Source of the DNA: an archaeon
GTDB taxonomy: Archaea; Nanobdellota; Nanobdellia; Pacearchaeales; GW2011-AR1
Assembly (NCBI GenBank): GCA_009992215.1
Contig: JAACWB010000007.1
Location: 1-57,811 of the forward strand
Length of the DNA: 57,811 nt
Direction of reading: 5' to 3'
Shown: positions 47,425 through 56,541 of the stretch, one piece after another
Numbering within the stretch: the first letter of the stretch is position 1
How the letters are laid out: each line of letters starts with the position of its first letter
Made by a program: the position numbers and the translations under genes
Notes under the pieces: model-generated
Databases searched by the model: none
Seen by the model: the letters and a program-made list of their open reading frames with translations, nothing else
Told to the model about the DNA's origin: nothing

Positions 47425-48801
47425 TTAAAACCTCATTTTTCCTCGCCCTCCACGAGCGAATTTTTTCATGAGTTTTTCCATTTGTTTTGGGTTCATCCCT
47501 TCAGACATATCCATTCCTTGTGTTCCTTTTACCATTCCAGCTAGCATGTCATATTGTTTTAGGAGTGCACGAAGTTCAGAGTTGTTAACTCCTGCACCTT
47601 TTGCAATTCTTCCAATTCTTGTTGTTTCTTTTTTTATTAATTCAGGGTTTTCTCTTTCTTCTTTTGTCATTGAGTTTACTAAGTGTTCCCATTTTGCAAC
47701 TTTTTTTTGTTGCTCGTCTAGTTGCGCTTTGTCAATTTTTGCTTTACCAAGTCCTGGAACCATTGAGAGCATTTTGTCCATTCCTCCAAGAGAATTCATT
47801 GATTTGATTTGTTCAACAACGTCAGTTAAAGTTATTTTTCCTTCTTGCAGTTTTTCTTGAATTTTTTGTTGTTGTTTTTCGTCAGTCACCGAACGTATTT
47901 TTTCCATTAAACTTTCCAAGTCGCCCATTCCAAGAAGACGGGAAAGGAATTGTTCTGGGTTGAATTTTTCTATGTCGTTAATTTTTTCTCCTGTTGTTAT
48001 GAAATAAACTCCCGAGTTTGTTTCTGCACATGCTGTTAGGGCTCCCCCTCCTTTTGCAGTTGAGTCCATTCTGGAAATTATTACTCCAGTTATATTTAGT
48101 GAATTAGAAAATTTCTCTGCTTGATTTTTTGCAGCTTGCCCAATGTCAGCTGGCATTACAAGAATTGTTTTGTCTGGTTTTATTTTTTTATTTAGTGTTT
48201 CAATTTCTTCAACTAATTCAGAATCCAAGTCGTGACGACCAGCTGTGTCGACAATTACTAAATCATATTTTTCTAGCTTTGGTTCAATTTGTTTCCAGTT
48301 GTTTATTGCTGAATCATTTTCAGGAACAGTATAAACGTTTAAGTTGTGTTCTTTACCAAGTTGTTCAAGTTGTTCTTTTGCGGCTGGTCTCCAAACGTCA
48401 AGTCCTACAAGTGCAACTTTTTTTCCTCGCTTTTGAAAGTAGTTTCCAAGTTTTGCAGTTGTTGTTGTTTTACCTGCAGCGTAAAGTCCACACATCATAA
48501 TTCTTGTTTGGCCTTTTTCTTTTGGGATTAATTCTTTTTTTTCTCCAAGAATGTGGATTAGTTCATCGTGTAAAATTTTAATTAAATGCTCTTTTTTTTC
48601 TATTCCAGTAATTTTTTCGTCAAATGCGGCTTTACGAATTTTTTCTGATAATTCTTTTACTAAAGGTATTGAAACATCGGCTTCAATTAAGGCACGTTGA
48701 AGTTCACGAACGATTGTATCAACTAGATTTTTGTCTAGAAAGATTGCATTACTTATCTTGTCTGTTGCTTTTTTTATTGCGTTTCCTAATTTTTCTAACA
48801 T
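47425..48801 (-). CDS. srp54: signal recognition particle protein SRP54
   Basis: ALIEADV, GLYAAGKTTT, DTAGRH, Met-rich M domain. Confidence 0.96.
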   Translation of the reverse strand: MLEKLGNAIKKATDKISNAIFLDKNLVDTIVRELQRALIEADVSIPLVKELSEKIRKAAFDEKITGIEKKEHLIKILHDELIHILGEKKELIPKEKGQTRIMMCGLYAAGKTTTTAKLGNYFQKRGKKVALVGLDVWRPAAKEQLEQLGKEHNLNVYTVPENDSAINNWKQIEPKLEKYDLVIVDTAGRHDLDSELVEEIETLNKKIKPDKTILVMPADIGQAAKNQAEKFSNSLNITGVIISRMDSTAKGGGALTACAETNSGVYFITTGEKINDIEKFNPEQFLSRLLGMGDLESLMEKIRSVTDEKQQQKIQEKLQEGKITLTDVVEQIKSMNSLGGMDKMLSMVPGLGKAKIDKAQLDEQQKKVAKWEHLVNSMTKEERENPELIKKETTRIGRIAKGAGVNNSELRALLKQYDMLAGMVKGTQGMDMSEGMNPKQMEKLMKKFARGGRGKMRF

Positions 48802-48931
48802 TTTTAGTAGCTGGTAGCCAGAAGCTTGTGGCTGGTAAGTTTAATAGAAATAAGGGGAATTTGAGAGTTTTAAGGTTTATTGTTTAGTGAGTTACATATA
48901 TTTTTTTAAAGGAATTTATGCAGTTTAATTT

Positions 48932-49816
48932 ATGGTTGAAAATAATGGATTTATTTCTAGAAACGGATTAGATAAATATATTGAGAAACATGAAAATATA
49001 AATGATTATTCTTTTGTGAAAGAATTAACAAATTCAATTAATGAAGTTGGAACTAGAAGGAATAATTATGATACCGATTTAAAAAATGCGTTGATTGAAC
49101 TAAATAGTTTTTCTAATAATATGGAAGATATATATTTAGTTGAAAGAATAATTTATGAGGAAACAGAAAAGAAATTTAGAAAAGAAATGAATGAAAAAAT
49201 TGGTTCTCTTGAAAAAATGTTTAAACAATCTGATTCTACATTAAAATCCTTAAAAAAACAATTGATAACAGAAAAGAAATTTGTGAAAGAATATGCTGTC
49301 CTTGACCGAAGTTTGTTTAATGAATCGGTAAGATATGAAACCAAGAGACAAAAGGTTAGTAGTGCTTTTAGTTCAGATTGTGATTCTTTTGAAAAGATAA
49401 ATCTTAGATTACCAATGTTTTCTCTTTATGAGTTAGATAATCCAATTTCTCAAATGCTTTTAGAGTGTAGGTTTAGTAATCTTAACGGAAATGAACATTT
49501 TCCTGATTTAATCGATATAAAAGATAATAATTTAGTTGTTCCTTTTGAAGGAAGAAAGTTTAATGGGCATGAAAAGCTTGATTATTATACGGGGGTTAAT
49601 GTGAAATCTGAATTTTATGGAAAAATATCTCATTTAAAGAAGAAAATAGAAAAAGCAAAGAAAACTTTTGGAAAAAATATTTATGTTGTTTCAAAGGCGC
49701 ATTGGAGAGACAACGAGGAAAATGGTTTTATTGGTAGAGAAATGGATGACTTTATGATTGTTGGGCATATTAAAAATACTGATAAATTTTATTTGATTGC
49801 TGAAAATAAAAAGTGA
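48932..49816 (+). CDS. hypothetical protein
   Basis: 294-aa ORF with N-terminal coiled coil. Confidence 0.6.
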   Translation: MVENNGFISRNGLDKYIEKHENINDYSFVKELTNSINEVGTRRNNYDTDLKNALIELNSFSNNMEDIYLVERIIYEETEKKFRKEMNEKIGSLEKMFKQSDSTLKSLKKQLITEKKFVKEYAVLDRSLFNESVRYETKRQKVSSAFSSDCDSFEKINLRLPMFSLYELDNPISQMLLECRFSNLNGNEHFPDLIDIKDNNLVVPFEGRKFNGHEKLDYYTGVNVKSEFYGKISHLKKKIEKAKKTFGKNIYVVSKAHWRDNEENGFIGREMDDFMIVGHIKNTDKFYLIAENKK

Positions 49817-49927
49817 TTTTGTTTTGAGAGAGATTAGTCATTAATTGTTTATTCTATTTCGATAATTTTTTTGTTCTATCTAGTTTTATATATAAATAAT
49901 TATAAATGTTAATCTTATTTTTTATTT

Positions 49928-50167
49928 ATGGAAGGCCAGTATCGTGGATATAAAATTTCAGTTGAGCGAGTAAAATCACCAAAAGAATCTATTCGGGAAT
50001 GGATTAATTTTTCTGTGTTTAGAATTAGTGATGGTTATTTGACTTTTTCGGGATATGACCCTGTAGGAAAAGAGGAAAAAGTTAAAGATGTTTACAAAAG
50101 ACTTAAAGGATCTATAGATAATTTGATTACTGAAAATAAAAATCGATTTTGTTTTGAGGGGGATTAG
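49928..50167 (+). CDS. hypothetical small protein
   Basis: 79 aa, ATG with upstream TATA-like box. Confidence 0.5.
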   Translation: MEGQYRGYKISVERVKSPKESIREWINFSVFRISDGYLTFSGYDPVGKEEKVKDVYKRLKGSIDNLITENKNRFCFEGD

Positions 50168-50267
50168 TTTCTTATTTTATTAGAAGTTGGATTTTTCAAA
50201 TGAGTTTACTTTATTCTAATGATTTCAATTAGTGAAATTATGTAAATTATGTTTTATATTATCTTTT

Positions 50268-51005
50268 TTAAAATCTTAACTTTTTTTTCAAATTTAAATC
50301 AATTTTTTCTTTTATCCTGTCTGGTAGGGCATTAAATAAATCTAATTCTTTTTTGTTTTTTTGAGGATACATTTTATTTAATTTAATTTGTAAATTTTTT
50401 CTCATTTTTTCAATACCTTTTTTAATTATTTTTTTGTTTTCACTTAAAATTATGGGATTTAACAAAAGATTGGTTAGTTGAACATCAGGATAAAATTCAT
50501 GATCTTTTTCAATAAAAGCTGAAAATTCTATTGTCTTTCCGGAGTTTATTTTTTTATAAACTTTTTTTAATTTTATTTCTTTTCCAGAAATGTTTCTAAA
50601 TGTTCGGTACTTAGATACTTTTGGGTAATTTTTGCTAATTTCATTTCTTCTAAAAAGAATATTCTTTTCTGTTAGATTTATAACATTGTTGAATGCTTTT
50701 ATATCCCAGATATGTAATCCAATTTCGAATTCTTCTTCATAAACTACACTAAATATATTGAATTTTGTTTTGATTGCATCATTTATAACTTTTGATTCAT
50801 ATGTTTGATTTATTCTTTTGTAAAATTCTTTAAAATTCATTTTTTTGAACTTTGTAATAAGAAGAATATCTAAATCTGATTTTTTTGTAACTTTTTTTGA
50901 AGAATAAGCAACAGAACCAATTAAAACTATTCCTATACATAAATCTTTTAATTTTGTGTTTAATTCTTTTGCTTTTTTTCTTCTTAATAAGTATTCTTTA
51001 TTCAT
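50268..51005 (-). CDS. Pol-beta-superfamily nucleotidyltransferase domain protein
   Basis: IVLIGSVAY......SDLDILL. Confidence 0.75.
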   Translation of the reverse strand: MNKEYLLRRKKAKELNTKLKDLCIGIVLIGSVAYSSKKVTKKSDLDILLITKFKKMNFKEFYKRINQTYESKVINDAIKTKFNIFSVVYEEEFEIGLHIWDIKAFNNVINLTEKNILFRRNEISKNYPKVSKYRTFRNISGKEIKLKKVYKKINSGKTIEFSAFIEKDHEFYPDVQLTNLLLNPIILSENKKIIKKGIEKMRKNLQIKLNKMYPQKNKKELDLFNALPDRIKEKIDLNLKKKLRF

Positions 51006-51006
51006 T

Positions 51007-52347
51007 TTAATCCAATCCTAACTTCTCGATGAATTTTTCTTTGTTGAATGGCTCGATATCTTCGTAACCTTGACCTGTTCCTAAGTAGATTATTGGTTTT
51101 TTTGTTATGTATCCAACGGAAAGGGCTGTTCCGCCTTTTTCGTCGATGTCAGCTTTACTTAAGAAAATTCCATCAATTCCAATTGTTTCATTGAATGCTT
51201 TTACTTGATCAACTGCATCGTTTCCTGTTATTGATTCACCAACAAAAATTGTTCTGTCTGGTTTACATACACGTTTTATTTTTTCCATTTCACGAAGAAG
51301 GTTTGTTGCTGTATGAATTCTTCCAGCTGTGTCAATTAAAACTACTTTTATGTTATTTTTTTTGGCGTATTGTATTGCGTCAAATCCAACGGAAGCAGGG
51401 TCACTTCCATAATCATGTGAAACTACTTTCACGTCTAAATTTTCTCCGTGTTTTTTTAGTTGTTCAACTGCTGCTGCACGAAATGTGTCGCCTGCCGCCA
51501 TAACAGAAGTTATTCCTTTATCTTTTAACATATGAGCAAACTTTGCAATTTGTGTTGTTTTTCCAACCCCATTAATTCCACAAAAAATCATAACATAAGG
51601 TTCTTCTTTATTTTTGATTTCTTCAATTATATCAAACGGTTCGATTAACACACTTTCAATAATTTCTTTTAGTGAATTGTTAATTGTTTCTTCAATTTCT
51701 TTTTTACTAAGTTCGATTCCAACAATTTTTTCTTTTAACTCTTCAATTATTTTTTCAGCTACTTCAAGAGCAACATTATTTTCTAAAAGAATCATTTCTA
51801 GGTCTTCTGAGTATTCTCTAAATTCTTCTTCAGTTATTGTTTTTTTAGATGAAACAATTTTTTTGAAAAAAGACTGTCTTTCTTTTGGTTGAATTTCCTC
51901 CGCCTCCCCCTGAATTGTGGTTTTTTCCCGCCCACCCGAGGCGTCGATTTTAATGGAGAGATTTTCTTCCTCTGGTTTAATTTCTTCTTTTTTTTGGATT
52001 TCTTCTTCAGTTTCAATTTCCTCTAGTGTTTCTTCTTTTTTAGAAAATAATTTTTTTAGAAATCCTTTTTTTTCCTTTCCTTCTTCCTTTAATTCTTCAT
52101 CTTCAACTTCTGTTACAAAGTCTGACTTTTCTTCAATCTCTTCTTCAGTGGTCTTAATTTCTTCAGCGATTTCTTTCTTTACTTTTTTTGATTTTTCTTT
52201 TGGCGCTTTAGCTTCTTTTTTCTTTTTTTCTTTAGTTGGTTTTTCTTTTACTTCTTCAACAATTTCTTCAATTTCTTCTTCGTTTTCTTCTACTTCTGAA
52301 ATCTTTTTTGTCCATTCTTTTAATTTGTTTTTTAGTTTTCCAAACAT
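51007..52347 (-). CDS. ftsY: SRP receptor FtsY with long acidic N-terminal domain
   Basis: GINGVGKTTQIAK, DTFRAAAVEQL, DTAGR, KGGTALS. Confidence 0.96.
   Translation of the reverse strand: MFGKLKNKLKEWTKKISEVEENEEEIEEIVEEVKEKPTKEKKKKEAKAPKEKSKKVKKEIAEEIKTTEEEIEEKSDFVTEVEDEELKEEGKEKKGFLKKLFSKKEETLEEIETEEEIQKKEEIKPEEENLSIKIDASGGREKTTIQGEAEEIQPKERQSFFKKIVSSKKTITEEEFREYSEDLEMILLENNVALEVAEKIIEELKEKIVGIELSKKEIEETINNSLKEIIESVLIEPFDIIEEIKNKEEPYVMIFCGINGVGKTTQIAKFAHMLKDKGITSVMAAGDTFRAAAVEQLKKHGENLDVKVVSHDYGSDPASVGFDAIQYAKKNNIKVVLIDTAGRIHTATNLLREMEKIKRVCKPDRTIFVGESITGNDAVDQVKAFNETIGIDGIFLSKADIDEKGGTALSVGYITKKPIIYLGTGQGYEDIEPFNKEKFIEKLGLD
51894..51961. repeat. C-tract-loop hairpin element, copy 9, inside ftsY
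   Basis: CGCCTC/GAGGCG stem around CCCC...CCCGCCCACCC; a GC island in an AT-rich coding stretch. Confidence 0.6.
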
Positions 52348-52435
52348 AAAATTAGATAGGAGAATTAGGTTTTAAGGTTTTTGGGATAAATTTGTAATAA
52401 GTAAAAAATAAAAAGGATATTTTTTTATTAATTAA

Positions 52436-52955
52436 ATGACAGATGTTTTGAGGGAATTTACACAATATGTTAATTTTGTAAAAGAAGCTCATGAAAAAAA
52501 ATTTAAAAAAAGAGCTGGTCCACAAGTAAGGATTTTTGATAAATCTACTTTTTATGCAGTACACCCTATTTGGTGTGCTTGCACAATTTTACAAGAACCT
52601 AATTTAAAAGAAGAAATAAGGAAGTATGGTGCTTTAACACTTCTTTTTCATGATATTTTGGAGGACACTTCAGAAAAGTTGCCTAAAGATTTGCCTAATA
52701 AAGTTAAAAAATGGGTAAAGGAAATAACTTTTGAGACTCACCAAGAATCAAGAGAAAAAATTTGGAAAAAAGAACCAGTAATTAGATTATTAAAATTATA
52801 TGATTCTACAAATAATCTTTTGGATAGTTTTACTTGGCAAACTAAAGAAAAAAAAAGAGGATAATAAATTATTCCTAAAAAAATTGATTTCTGATGTTGA
52901 AAAAAATTTTGGCAATTTACAAATTGTTAAAATTGCTAAAGCCCTTTTAAATTAA
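52436..52955 (+). pseudogene. HD-domain hydrolase (Mesh1/SpoT-hydrolase-like), frameshifted at an A9 tract
   Basis: Y..HP, HDILEDT, LKLYD; the frame stops at 52864 but the +1 frame continues 32 aa to 52955. Confidence 0.7.
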
Positions 52956-53203
52956 TTATTTTTTTTCTTTTTCATTTTAATTTTAATAGAGACAAAATTA
53001 AAATGTTAGAGTTCATGTTTTGGGTCGATTGGAAAACGACTAATCCAAAACAATCCCAATTCAAACTCTATGAAAGTTGCTTTAAATTGTGAAATAATTT
53101 ATTGGCACTTTCAGAAGATTTTCACATTCGCTTTTGCTCACCCTAAAGGGAAACATTCAATTCTTTCCGAAGCATTTAAATTTATGCTTGAATTAAATGT
53201 TTT

Positions 53204-54517
53204 ATGGAGGCTGAACTTTGGGGAATTGTAGTTGCAATTTTTTTAGGTGCACTCATTGGTTTACAAAGAGAGTACACGCAGCAACATATTCACTTGAAAC
53301 GGTTTGCAGGATTTAGGACATTTATTTTAATTACTTTTTTCGGGGCAATTTTGGGTTATTTAGGAAAAGGATTTGATTCGTTATTTGTAATTATTGGTTT
53401 TTCGGGAATTATTGTTTTAACAATTGTTTCTTATATTTTAACTTACATGAGGGAGAAGTCAACGTCGGCGACAACTGAAGTTGCAGCAATAATGGTTTAT
53501 GTTTTAGGGGTTATGTGTACAACGGGAAACATGCAACTGGCAATAATTTTTGGAATTTTAATTGTAGCTTTTTTGACATTCAAGGAAAGATTTCATAATT
53601 TTGCAAAGAAGATGGAAAAAAAGGAAATGATGGCAGTTGTGAAATTTGCCTTGGTTTCTTTAGTGGTTTTGCCAATTTTGCCTAATCGAGATTATTCCCC
53701 CAGTGATATACCTGGTTTAACACAAATCTTTGAGAGTTTTGGAATTAATTCAAATTTTCTTTCTCAGTTAAATGTTTTTAATTTTCATCAAATATGGTTG
53801 ATGGTAATATTGGTTGCAGGAATTAGTTTTGTTGGTTATTTTTTAGTTAAACTTAGTGGTTCAAAGAGAGGTTATGGATTAATCGGTTTTGTTGGGGGAC
53901 TTGTTTCTTCTACGGCAGTTACTCTTTCAATGGCTGGGGAGAGTAAAAAAAATAAAAAGGTTTACACTCCGTTTGTTATTGCAGTAATCGTTGCAATGAG
54001 TGTTATGTTTATCAGAATAATTTTTGAAGTTGCCATTGTAAACAGTTCTTTACTTAGTATTGTTTTAGTTCCTTTAATTGTCATGGCAATTTTAGGTTTT
54101 ACTGCTTCTGTGATTTTAATGAAAAAAGATTCAAAAAAAGGAAACTTGGAAAAAATTGAATTCAAGCAACCTTTTGCACTTCCGCCTGCTTTGAAGTTTG
54201 GATTATTCTTTGCTTTGATATTATTTGTTTCAAAAATCATGCAAATTCTTTTTGGTTCAACTGGACTTTATATAACAAGTATTCTTTCTGGACTTGCTGA
54301 TGTTGATGCAATCACTTTGTCTATGGCAAGTTTGAGTAAATCTGGAGAAATAAGTAATTTTGTTGCAACAACTTCAATAATTCTTGCAGCTGCGTCTAAC
54401 ACAATGGTAAAAGCAGGAATGGCTTACTTTTTAGGAGCAAAGAAGTTTGGAAAAATTATTTTAGGAATTTCTTTATTAATTTTGGCGGTAGGGCTACTGG
54501 TTTTGTTTTTAATCTAA
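53204..54517 (+). CDS. MgtC/SapB family membrane protein with DUF4010
   Basis: GALIGLQRE, AGFRTF, GGLVSSTAVT, SGLADVDAITLS. Confidence 0.92.
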   Translation: MEAELWGIVVAIFLGALIGLQREYTQQHIHLKRFAGFRTFILITFFGAILGYLGKGFDSLFVIIGFSGIIVLTIVSYILTYMREKSTSATTEVAAIMVYVLGVMCTTGNMQLAIIFGILIVAFLTFKERFHNFAKKMEKKEMMAVVKFALVSLVVLPILPNRDYSPSDIPGLTQIFESFGINSNFLSQLNVFNFHQIWLMVILVAGISFVGYFLVKLSGSKRGYGLIGFVGGLVSSTAVTLSMAGESKKNKKVYTPFVIAVIVAMSVMFIRIIFEVAIVNSSLLSIVLVPLIVMAILGFTASVILMKKDSKKGNLEKIEFKQPFALPPALKFGLFFALILFVSKIMQILFGSTGLYITSILSGLADVDAITLSMASLSKSGEISNFVATTSIILAAASNTMVKAGMAYFLGAKKFGKIILGISLLILAVGLLVLFLI

Positions 54518-54551
54518 AATCTTATAAACAATTCATTACTTTTTTATTTAG

Positions 54552-55802
54552 GTGAAAATGAAAGGAATTTTAGTTATTATTGACGGACTTGGTGACTTAC
54601 CAAATTATCAACTTAAAGGTAAGACTCCTTTGGAAGCTGCGAATACCCCAAATATGGATTTTTTAGCGACAAGAGGAGAAATGGGTTACATGTATACAGT
54701 GAAGCCTGGTTTTACTCCTGGTTCAGAGCATGCAATTCTTTCAATGTTTGGAAATAATCCTGATGCTTGTCCTCGAGGTCAAATTGAGGCTGTTGGGGCA
54801 GGAGTAAAATTAACTCCTGGAGATTTAGTATTCAGAGTTAATTTTGGAACAATTGATTCACTTGAAAGAGGAAATGTAATTGACAGGCGTGCAGGTAGAA
54901 CACTTCCAACAAAAGAAGCAAAGAAACTTGCAAAGGTCATAAATAAAATTGAATTTCCATATAAATTTGAGTTTACGCCAATTAGTCAACATAGAGCAGT
55001 TTTGGTTTTTCACGGACATTACGTTGACACTATAACTGGAAATGATTCTACTTACACCCACAGAGGTGGACGAGAGATTGAAAAAGTTGAACCTTGTTTA
55101 CCTAAAGATAAAAGTATAAAATCAAGAGAAACTGCTGAGATGGTTAATGAATTTTTTGATTTGGTTTATGAAACTTTGAAAGATCATCCAATAAATAAAA
55201 AGAGAGTTATGAAAGGTTTACTTCCTGCGAATTATTTGTTTGCTCGTGGACCTGGTTCAAAAAAACCAAAGCTCGTAAAATACAAGGGCTGGATTTCAAC
55301 ACATGCAATGCCTCTTGAAGTTGGATTTTCTATTATGTCTGGAATCAAAAATTATCCTTTCAAATATCCAAAACTAAAAGGGTTTGATGTTTACAAAAAC
55401 TTGTGGGCTGGATTAAAAAAATCGGTTGAACATTCTAAGAGAGTAATTAAAAGAAATCTAAAGAAGGCAGATTATTGTTATGTACATTTTAAGGAAGTTG
55501 ATATTCCTGGGCACGATAATAAACCATTTGAAAAAAAGGCAATGATTGAATACATTGACAAATATTTTTTCAAGTATCTTTGTAAAATTGCTCCAATGAA
55601 TAAAATTAAGGTTGTTGTTACGGGAGATCATTCAACTCCATGCAAACTTAAAGCTCACTCAAGTGACCCTGTACCTGTTTTATTATATAACTTCTCTTTA
55701 CCTAAGGAAAAGAAACATTTTACAGAGGAAGAGGCAAGGAAGGGCGCTCTTAAGAGAATTATTGGGCATGATTTTTTGAAAAAAGTTGGTTTTACAAAAT
55801 AG
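54552..55802 (+). CDS. apgM: 2,3-bisphosphoglycerate-independent phosphoglycerate mutase, archaeal type
   Basis: DGLGD, TPLEAANTPNMD, DRRAGR, GHD, TGDHSTP, HSSDPVP. Confidence 0.93.
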   Translation: MKMKGILVIIDGLGDLPNYQLKGKTPLEAANTPNMDFLATRGEMGYMYTVKPGFTPGSEHAILSMFGNNPDACPRGQIEAVGAGVKLTPGDLVFRVNFGTIDSLERGNVIDRRAGRTLPTKEAKKLAKVINKIEFPYKFEFTPISQHRAVLVFHGHYVDTITGNDSTYTHRGGREIEKVEPCLPKDKSIKSRETAEMVNEFFDLVYETLKDHPINKKRVMKGLLPANYLFARGPGSKKPKLVKYKGWISTHAMPLEVGFSIMSGIKNYPFKYPKLKGFDVYKNLWAGLKKSVEHSKRVIKRNLKKADYCYVHFKEVDIPGHDNKPFEKKAMIEYIDKYFFKYLCKIAPMNKIKVVVTGDHSTPCKLKAHSSDPVPVLLYNFSLPKEKKHFTEEEARKGALKRIIGHDFLKKVGFTK

Positions 55803-55860
55803 TGTCTTTATTTTTTAGTAGAACAATAATAATTAAAAGGAGTCATACTTTTTTTACGGT

Positions 55861-56418
55861 ATGATTACTTACAAGGACATTTATGAGGCGGCAAAAAAAG
55901 AGCGTTATTCTGAAAATTTACAACCAATTCCAAAGAGTTTTATTAAAGATGTATCTAAATATTTGAAGGAAAAAAGAGAAGCAGCTTCAAAGGAAGATGA
56001 TGTTTTTAGTGATGTTTTGTTAAAGACAAAAAAACAACTTGAGAATGCAATAACTCTTTTTCAAGAGCTTCTTCGTCGTAGGAGAAAAAAGATTCTGAAT
56101 TTGGTTTTGATTGCTAGTGAGACTGGAATTAGTAAACAAGATTTTGAAAATATGCTTTTACTTGAAAAATCTCTTTTTGAAGATTTGATGCAATGTATTG
56201 AGAAGAGCGACAGAAAAATGAATGAATCTTTGAATGGAAAGAAAGATGAGGAATTACAACAAAATAATTTAATTGTGTTTTTGGAGGACACTCCTGAATT
56301 TTTATCAACTACTGGAGAAAAATTTGGTCCTTACTTAATTGGCCAATTTGCAAATATTCCAAAAGAAATTGCAAGTGTTTTTTTGGAAGATGGGAAGGCT
56401 GAATTAATGGAAAAATAA
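55861..56418 (+). CDS. GINS complex subunit (Gins51-like)
   Basis: ITY..IYE..KKER....LQ, RRRKKI, EK.LF, C-terminal B domain FGPY..G..ANIP. Confidence 0.82.
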   Translation: MITYKDIYEAAKKERYSENLQPIPKSFIKDVSKYLKEKREAASKEDDVFSDVLLKTKKQLENAITLFQELLRRRRKKILNLVLIASETGISKQDFENMLLLEKSLFEDLMQCIEKSDRKMNESLNGKKDEELQQNNLIVFLEDTPEFLSTTGEKFGPYLIGQFANIPKEIASVFLEDGKAELMEK

Positions 56419-56421
56419 TTT

Positions 56422-56527
56422 AATTTTGTTTCTTTTTGGCTAAAATGCAAAGATTTTCCTTGCTCGTTTACAGAAGTAAACAACGCAATAAAAATCTTTA
56501 ATTTTATCTCAAAAATAATTCAAAATT
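56422..56527 (+). repeat. 106-bp hairpin element, copy 5 (TTTAC-core subtype)
   Basis: Conserved ends; AAAGATTTT..TTGC..GTTTAC-AGAA-GTAAAC..GCAA..AAAATCTTT. Confidence 0.9.
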
Positions 56528-56541
56528 GGAAATTTTTAGTA

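Noticed and set aside
11569-56527. Dispersed repeats read as a CRISPR array or an integron cassette array
   Set aside because: They are not tandem with unique spacers, there is no cas or intI gene in the window, they lack the attC RYYYAAC/GTTRRRY ends, and they mostly follow core genes
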